Source of the DNA: Candidatus Fraserbacteria bacterium
GTDB taxonomy: Bacteria > Bipolaricaulota > Bipolaricaulia > RBG-16-55-9
DNA length: 20,421 nucleotides
Reading direction: 5' to 3'
Assembly (NCBI GenBank): GCA_037442925.1
Contig: JBBIPG010000040.1
Coordinates: forward strand, 1-20,421
Below, piece after piece: positions 16,493 through 20,421 of the stretch (within the stretch, counting starts at the first letter, position 1; every line of letters starts with the position of its first letter). The notes under the pieces are model-generated. The model was not told where the DNA came from. It did not search any database and was given only the letters and a program-made list of their open reading frames with translations. The position numbers were made by a program, and so were the translations under genes.

Positions 16493-16777
16493 CTACTTAA
16501 GGCTCCCGATGAACTCGTCGATGGGAATGGCAGCCAGGGTGGTGATCTTGACCCCTCCACGAGCGCCCAGTTCTACCGCGACACGGGCAACGGTCGTGTT
16601 GTTCGGGGCCTCGACGATGGTGACAAAGTCATACGGGCCGAGCAGGGCATATTGATCTACGATCTTGACTCCCAAGCGCTCGACCTCTTGATTGACTTCG
16701 CGGATGCGTCCGGGGTGCTTCTTGATCGTCTGGGCCCCCTCATCCGTGAGCGAGCTTAACAGAATGTATGTCGCCAT
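16493..16777 (-). CDS. GYD domain-containing protein
   Basis: MATYILLSSLTDEGAQTIK...YALLGPYDFVTIVEAP. Start ATG 16777 with an AGGAGA RBS. Confidence 0.85.
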   Translation of the reverse strand: MATYILLSSLTDEGAQTIKKHPGRIREVNQEVERLGVKIVDQYALLGPYDFVTIVEAPNNTTVARVAVELGARGGVKITTLAAIPIDEFIGSLK

Positions 16778-16883
16778 GCAGTCTCTCCTTCCTACCAAAG
16801 ATTTCTTCCGCAACTAGATTAGCCTAACAGGCCGCATGCGTTCAAACCCGTTAATCCGCTTCCGATCCGCTGACCGATCTTAG

Positions 16884-17663
16884 TCATAAGCCCATGATGT
16901 GGAAGCCTGCGTCCACATAGAGGATCTCGCCGGTGATGCCACTGGCAAGGTCGCTGAGCAAGAAGAGCGCGGCCTTGCCCACCTCTTCGTGCGTGATGTT
17001 GCGTTTCAAGGGGGCACGCTGCTCATAGACATGAAGAATATTCGTGAAGCCGGGAACTCCTCGGGCCGAGAGCGTCGAGAGGGGTCCAGCTGAGATGCCG
17101 TTGACCCGAATCTTTTTCGGCCCCAGCTCATAGGCTAGTTGCCGAATGATCTGTTCCAGAGCAGCCTTGGCTGTGCCCATCACGTTGTAGGTGGGGAAGG
17201 CCCGTTCGGCAGCGAGATACGTCATGGCAATCATGCTTCCGCCACCGGCTCTTTCCATGAGAGGCATCGCCAGGCGGGCCATGGGGATGAGAGAGTAGGC
17301 ACTGATCTCTAGTGCGGTGCGGAAGCCCTCGCGTGAGGTGCGATAGAATTCTCGATCAAACTCCTCCTGCGGTGCGAAAGCGACGCTATGCACAAGATAA
17401 TCTAACTTGCCAAACTCGCTCTCGAGGGTGTCAAAGACCGATTGGAGCTGGGCGTTATCCAATACATCCAAGGGCAGAACTAACGAACCCGCTAGCGGAG
17501 AGACCAGTTCTTCTACACCGTCCTTGAGGCGCTCACCTTGATAGGTGAAAGCCAGGCGAGCACCTGCTTTATGAAGCAGTTGAGCGATGGCCCATGCGAT
17601 GCTGCGCTTGTTGGCTACACCCGTGATGAGACCGGTCTTGCCGTGAAGATCGATGGAATACAC
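16884..17663 (-). CDS. fabI: Enoyl-ACP reductase (NADH)
   Basis: GVANKRSIAWAIA, LVHSVAFA, ISAYSL, catalytic YNVMGTAKAALE, ISAGP and GEILYVDAG. Confidence 0.95.
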   Translation of the reverse strand: MYSIDLHGKTGLITGVANKRSIAWAIAQLLHKAGARLAFTYQGERLKDGVEELVSPLAGSLVLPLDVLDNAQLQSVFDTLESEFGKLDYLVHSVAFAPQEEFDREFYRTSREGFRTALEISAYSLIPMARLAMPLMERAGGGSMIAMTYLAAERAFPTYNVMGTAKAALEQIIRQLAYELGPKKIRVNGISAGPLSTLSARGVPGFTNILHVYEQRAPLKRNITHEEVGKAALFLLSDLASGITGEILYVDAGFHIMGL

Positions 17664-17783
17664 GCGCTCACAACCCCTTTCGTGGCAGACTTCCAGAGAC
17701 TGTACGCTGCCGACTATGAGAATTGCAAGTATCTATTTGCCCCTTACATCCAATTCAGCTATCCTTGCCAGCGTGATTTGAAC

Positions 17784-19088
17784 ATGAGTATGAAACGCAC
17801 GTGGATCAGCGAAGTCAAAGGGCACATTGGCGAAAAGGTCTTACTCAAGGGCTGGGTGCACACGCTACGGCCCATCGGAAAGCTGAAGTTCATTGTTCTA
17901 AGAGATCGGACAGGATTTGTGCAAGCCAAGCTCAAAGGTGAGAAGGCCCCAGCAGAGGAAATCAAAGAAGAAGCGGCGATCCAGATCATCGGCACGGTCG
18001 TTGAAGACCCGCGCGCACCAGAAGGCATCGAAGTCGATGTGGAAGAACTGAGAATTCTCAGTTCACCTGTGGAGATTCCTCCCATTCAGATCAATCGTCC
18101 TCTCGCTGTGATTGGTGTTCGCCTGGAAACGGCCCTGGACCATCGAACTCTCAGTTTGCGGCATCCAGAGATCGGCTCGGTCTTTCGCGTGCGGGCGGAG
18201 CTCATCTGGGCCTTTCGCGAGTATTTGCGCAGCCAAGGTTTTCTAGAAGTGCAGACGCCCAAGATTGTGGCGGCGGGCACGGAAGGTGGTACGGCTCTCT
18301 TCCCCGTTCAGTATTTTGAGCGGACGGCGTATCTGGCGCAGAGCCCGCAGTTCTATAAGCAGATGCTTGTGGGAGCAGGCTATGAGCGCGTATTTGAAGT
18401 CGGCCCCGTCTATCGTGCGGAGCAGCACAATACCGTGCGGCACCTGAACGAATACATCAGTCTGGATTATGAGATGGGCTTCATCGACGATTTTCGAGAG
18501 ATTACACAAGTGGAGACGGAGCTCTTGCGCTTCATGTTCGAGCATATTGGGCGAGCTTGTCCGAAAGAGTTGGGACTCTACAAAGCAGAGGTGCCGAGGG
18601 TTCCGAAGGAGATCCCGCATATCACGCTTGCCGATGCCATTGAGATCTTGAAGAAGCGGCACAACAAGCAGTGTGAAGGAGATCTTGATCCCGAGGGGGA
18701 AAAGTTGCTTTGTGAGTACACGAAAGAAGAGCTGGGCTCGGAGTTCGTCTTCGTGACGCACTATCCGCGGGCCACGCGCCCCATGTATGCCATGCCCAAC
18801 GAAGAAGATCCTACCCTCACGAACACATTCGATCTGCTCTGCCGGGGCTTGGAGATCACGACGGGCGGACAGCGTATTCATCCGTATAACATGCTAGTGG
18901 AGAGCATTCAGAGTCGTGGGCTGAACCCGAGTGATTTCGATTTCTATCTGGAGATTTTTAAGTACGGAATGCCACCGCATGGCGGACTGGCCATTGGGGC
19001 GGAGCGCCTGACAGCGCAGCTGTTAAATCTCACCAATATCCGTGAGGCGAGTTTCTTCCCCAGAGATCGCACGAGGATTGTGCCGTAA
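17784..19088 (+). CDS. aspS: Aspartate--tRNA(Asp/Asn) ligase, short archaeal-type (non-discriminating) AspRS
   Basis: OB fold GWVH...FIVLRDRTG, LAQSPQFYKQ, motif 2 YRAE...HLNEY and motif 3 GMPPHGGLAIGAERL. About 434 aa with no GAD insertion. The start is moved to ATG 17784/17790 because the ORF extension overlaps fabI. Confidence 0.93.
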   Translation: MSMKRTWISEVKGHIGEKVLLKGWVHTLRPIGKLKFIVLRDRTGFVQAKLKGEKAPAEEIKEEAAIQIIGTVVEDPRAPEGIEVDVEELRILSSPVEIPPIQINRPLAVIGVRLETALDHRTLSLRHPEIGSVFRVRAELIWAFREYLRSQGFLEVQTPKIVAAGTEGGTALFPVQYFERTAYLAQSPQFYKQMLVGAGYERVFEVGPVYRAEQHNTVRHLNEYISLDYEMGFIDDFREITQVETELLRFMFEHIGRACPKELGLYKAEVPRVPKEIPHITLADAIEILKKRHNKQCEGDLDPEGEKLLCEYTKEELGSEFVFVTHYPRATRPMYAMPNEEDPTLTNTFDLLCRGLEITTGGQRIHPYNMLVESIQSRGLNPSDFDFYLEIFKYGMPPHGGLAIGAERLTAQLLNLTNIREASFFPRDRTRIVP

Positions 19089-19289
19089 GTTGGCATCAAC
19101 AGTATATCGCGAGCATTTCTGGTTTGGTCTGGGTACAAAGCTTCTTACGAACTCAGAATTTGGCAAGCGTCTCGGATTCTTAAGCTCCACGACCAGGTCC
19201 GCGGGACGCTGCTAGCGGACACCTCCGGTATTGCCCTATAACGCCTGACATAGGCTTTTGTATACCGCTGCATGCCGTATAATTACTAG

Positions 19290-19993
19290 GGTTCTAGACT
19301 AGGAGAGATATGGTAAACTAGTCTAGAATGCGCATCAAGTATAGCAAACTGAGCCCGTACCGGGTGAAAAAGATCTTGCGCTGCTTCAGCGAGGATCTCA
19401 CCGCCACCCAGACGGCTCGATTGACGGGGATCAACCGCAATACCGTCAACCGCTACTACCGGCTCTTTCGGGAGAGGATCGCGGCTTACGAGGAACAGCA
19501 GGCTCAGCAGCATGGATTTACCGGAGAGATCGAGTTGGACGAGAGCTACTTTGGGGGCAAGAACCGGGGCAGGCGTGGGCGTGGCACGGCCAAGATCCCG
19601 GTCTTTGGTCTGTTGCGGCGCAACGGCCGGGTCTACACCCAGATCCTCAAGAATGCTACGGCCGCTCAGATCCGACCGATCATTCGCAAGCTGGTCAAAC
19701 CAAGCAGCCGACTCTATACGGACAAGTGGCGTGCCTATGACGGCTTGGTGCTCAACGGCTATGAGCACCACCGCATCGACCACGACCAGGGAGGTTATTC
19801 GGATTGCAGAGGAGGTCACATCAACGGGATCGAGAGCTTCTGGAGTTTTGCCAAGCGGAGGTTGTTGCGGTTCAATGGGATTCGTGCCCAGGATTTCTAC
19901 TGGCACTTGAAAGAGTGCGAATTCCGGTTCAATGAGCGCGCTCATCTCTACCAGAAACTCGTTTCGATCCTCACCATTTCCTAGTCGAGAGCC
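19290..19993 (+). mobile_element. IS1595-family insertion sequence (IS1016-like, about 700 bp)
   Basis: IRL GGTTCTAGACTAGGA (19290-19304) versus IRR reverse complement GGCTCTCGACTAGGA (19979-19993), 13/15. It is flanked by the imperfect duplication TTACTAG (19283-19289) / TTGCTAG (19994-20000). Confidence 0.85.
19328..19984 (+). CDS. IS1595-family transposase
   Basis: N-terminal HTH; IELDESYFGG, YTDKWRAYDGL, HINGIESFWSFAKRRL and HLKECEFRFN. Confidence 0.93.
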   Translation: MRIKYSKLSPYRVKKILRCFSEDLTATQTARLTGINRNTVNRYYRLFRERIAAYEEQQAQQHGFTGEIELDESYFGGKNRGRRGRGTAKIPVFGLLRRNGRVYTQILKNATAAQIRPIIRKLVKPSSRLYTDKWRAYDGLVLNGYEHHRIDHDQGGYSDCRGGHINGIESFWSFAKRRLLRFNGIRAQDFYWHLKECEFRFNERAHLYQKLVSILTIS

Positions 19994-20025
19994 TTGCTAG
20001 TTAGAGCGAAACAACAACAAAGGAG

Positions 20026-20229
20026 ATGACTATGAAAGTTCAGAATATTAACGGCACCAGTGCCAAGACCTGCAAATGTGGGAGTTGGCTTGGTCATTGG
20101 GAAAGATTCAGTGGCCAATCGCTACCCAACTACTGCCCTCAAGTAAAGTGTGTTCAGAAGCCCGAAGTGGGTGCCCATGTCCAGAGAGACAGTACTACTG
20201 ACAGAAGTTGGTACAAGCCCGATGCATGA
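20026..20229 (+). pseudogene. Small Cys/His-rich (probable metal-binding) protein truncated by an IS at 20215
   Basis: AAGGAG RBS; CKC..W..HW...CPQVKC...GAHV...WY. The last codons (KPDA*) are supplied by the IS inverted repeat AAGCCCGATGCATGA. Confidence 0.6.
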
Positions 20230-20421
20230 GCAGGTGAAAGTGCTGTGCTATTGGTCCTGAACACGATCGGAATACCCGCCTTCCCCTTGACAAAGACCTC
20301 CCCAGCTCTTTCCCTCTGGGAAAAGCCTTTCACCGGAGGGATGATCATGTCTGAGCTGGAGAGGTTCTTCTGCTTCCTGGATCAGTTGTTGCGGCGCTTG
20401 ACCGCGGAAGATCGGAAGAGC
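20215..20421 (+). mobile_element. Left end of an IS of the same family as the element at 1-178
   Basis: IRL AAGCCCGATGCAT (20215-20227) matches the inverted end at 166-178; followed by a GGAGGG RBS and an ORF open to the window edge. Confidence 0.7.
20347..20421 (+). CDS. N-terminal fragment of a probable transposase (partial)
   Basis: GGAGGG (20335-20340), then ATG 20347: MSELERFFCFLDQLLRRLTAEDRKS..., open to the edge. The identity is inferred only from its position inside the IR. Confidence 0.5.
   Translation, partial: MSELERFFCFLDQLLRRLTAEDRKS

Noticed and set aside
16822..16856. GCCTAAC...GTTAATC as an attC site
   Set aside because: Only about 35 bp, too short, and it lies between housekeeping-type genes.
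17538..17783. N-terminal extension of aspS
   Set aside because: It overlaps divergent fabI and the intergenic promoter region; AspRS similarity begins at MKRTW.

Overview
Bacterial window with two minus-strand accessory operons, a housekeeping block and three kinds of IS element. (i) 1762-8375: a near-consensus sigma70 promoter and a c-di-GMP-I (GEMM) riboswitch lead a probable four-gene envelope operon. It encodes a large lipoprotein with a Pro-rich linker and a C-terminal PD-(D/E)xK-like nuclease motif (split by one in-frame TGA), a secreted beta-helix protein, a 14-blade YVTN beta-propeller protein and a small outer-membrane beta-barrel. This is a candidate c-di-GMP-controlled secreted nuclease or polymorphic-toxin system. 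An identical 39-bp copy of its promoter lies at 179-217, between two IS elements. (ii) 8398-14479: a membrane-anchored one-component regulator (periplasmic sensor plus C-terminal OmpR-type wHTH) with an 11-bp tandem-repeat operator candidate, followed by a secreted helical protein, DUF1800, Tat-DUF1501, a cupredoxin and an LpqC/PHB-depolymerase-type esterase. (iii) 14614-19088: aspartase/fumarase, NUDIX hydrolase, GYD protein, fabI and a non-discriminating-type aspS. The IS elements are an rve-type IS (223-1660), an IS1595-family element (19290-19993), and matching ends of one further IS family at both window edges (1-178 and 20215-20421), the right one truncating a small Cys-rich gene. No CRISPR array, rRNA or tRNA was seen. 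All family assignments are from motif recognition by eye; no database searches were run.
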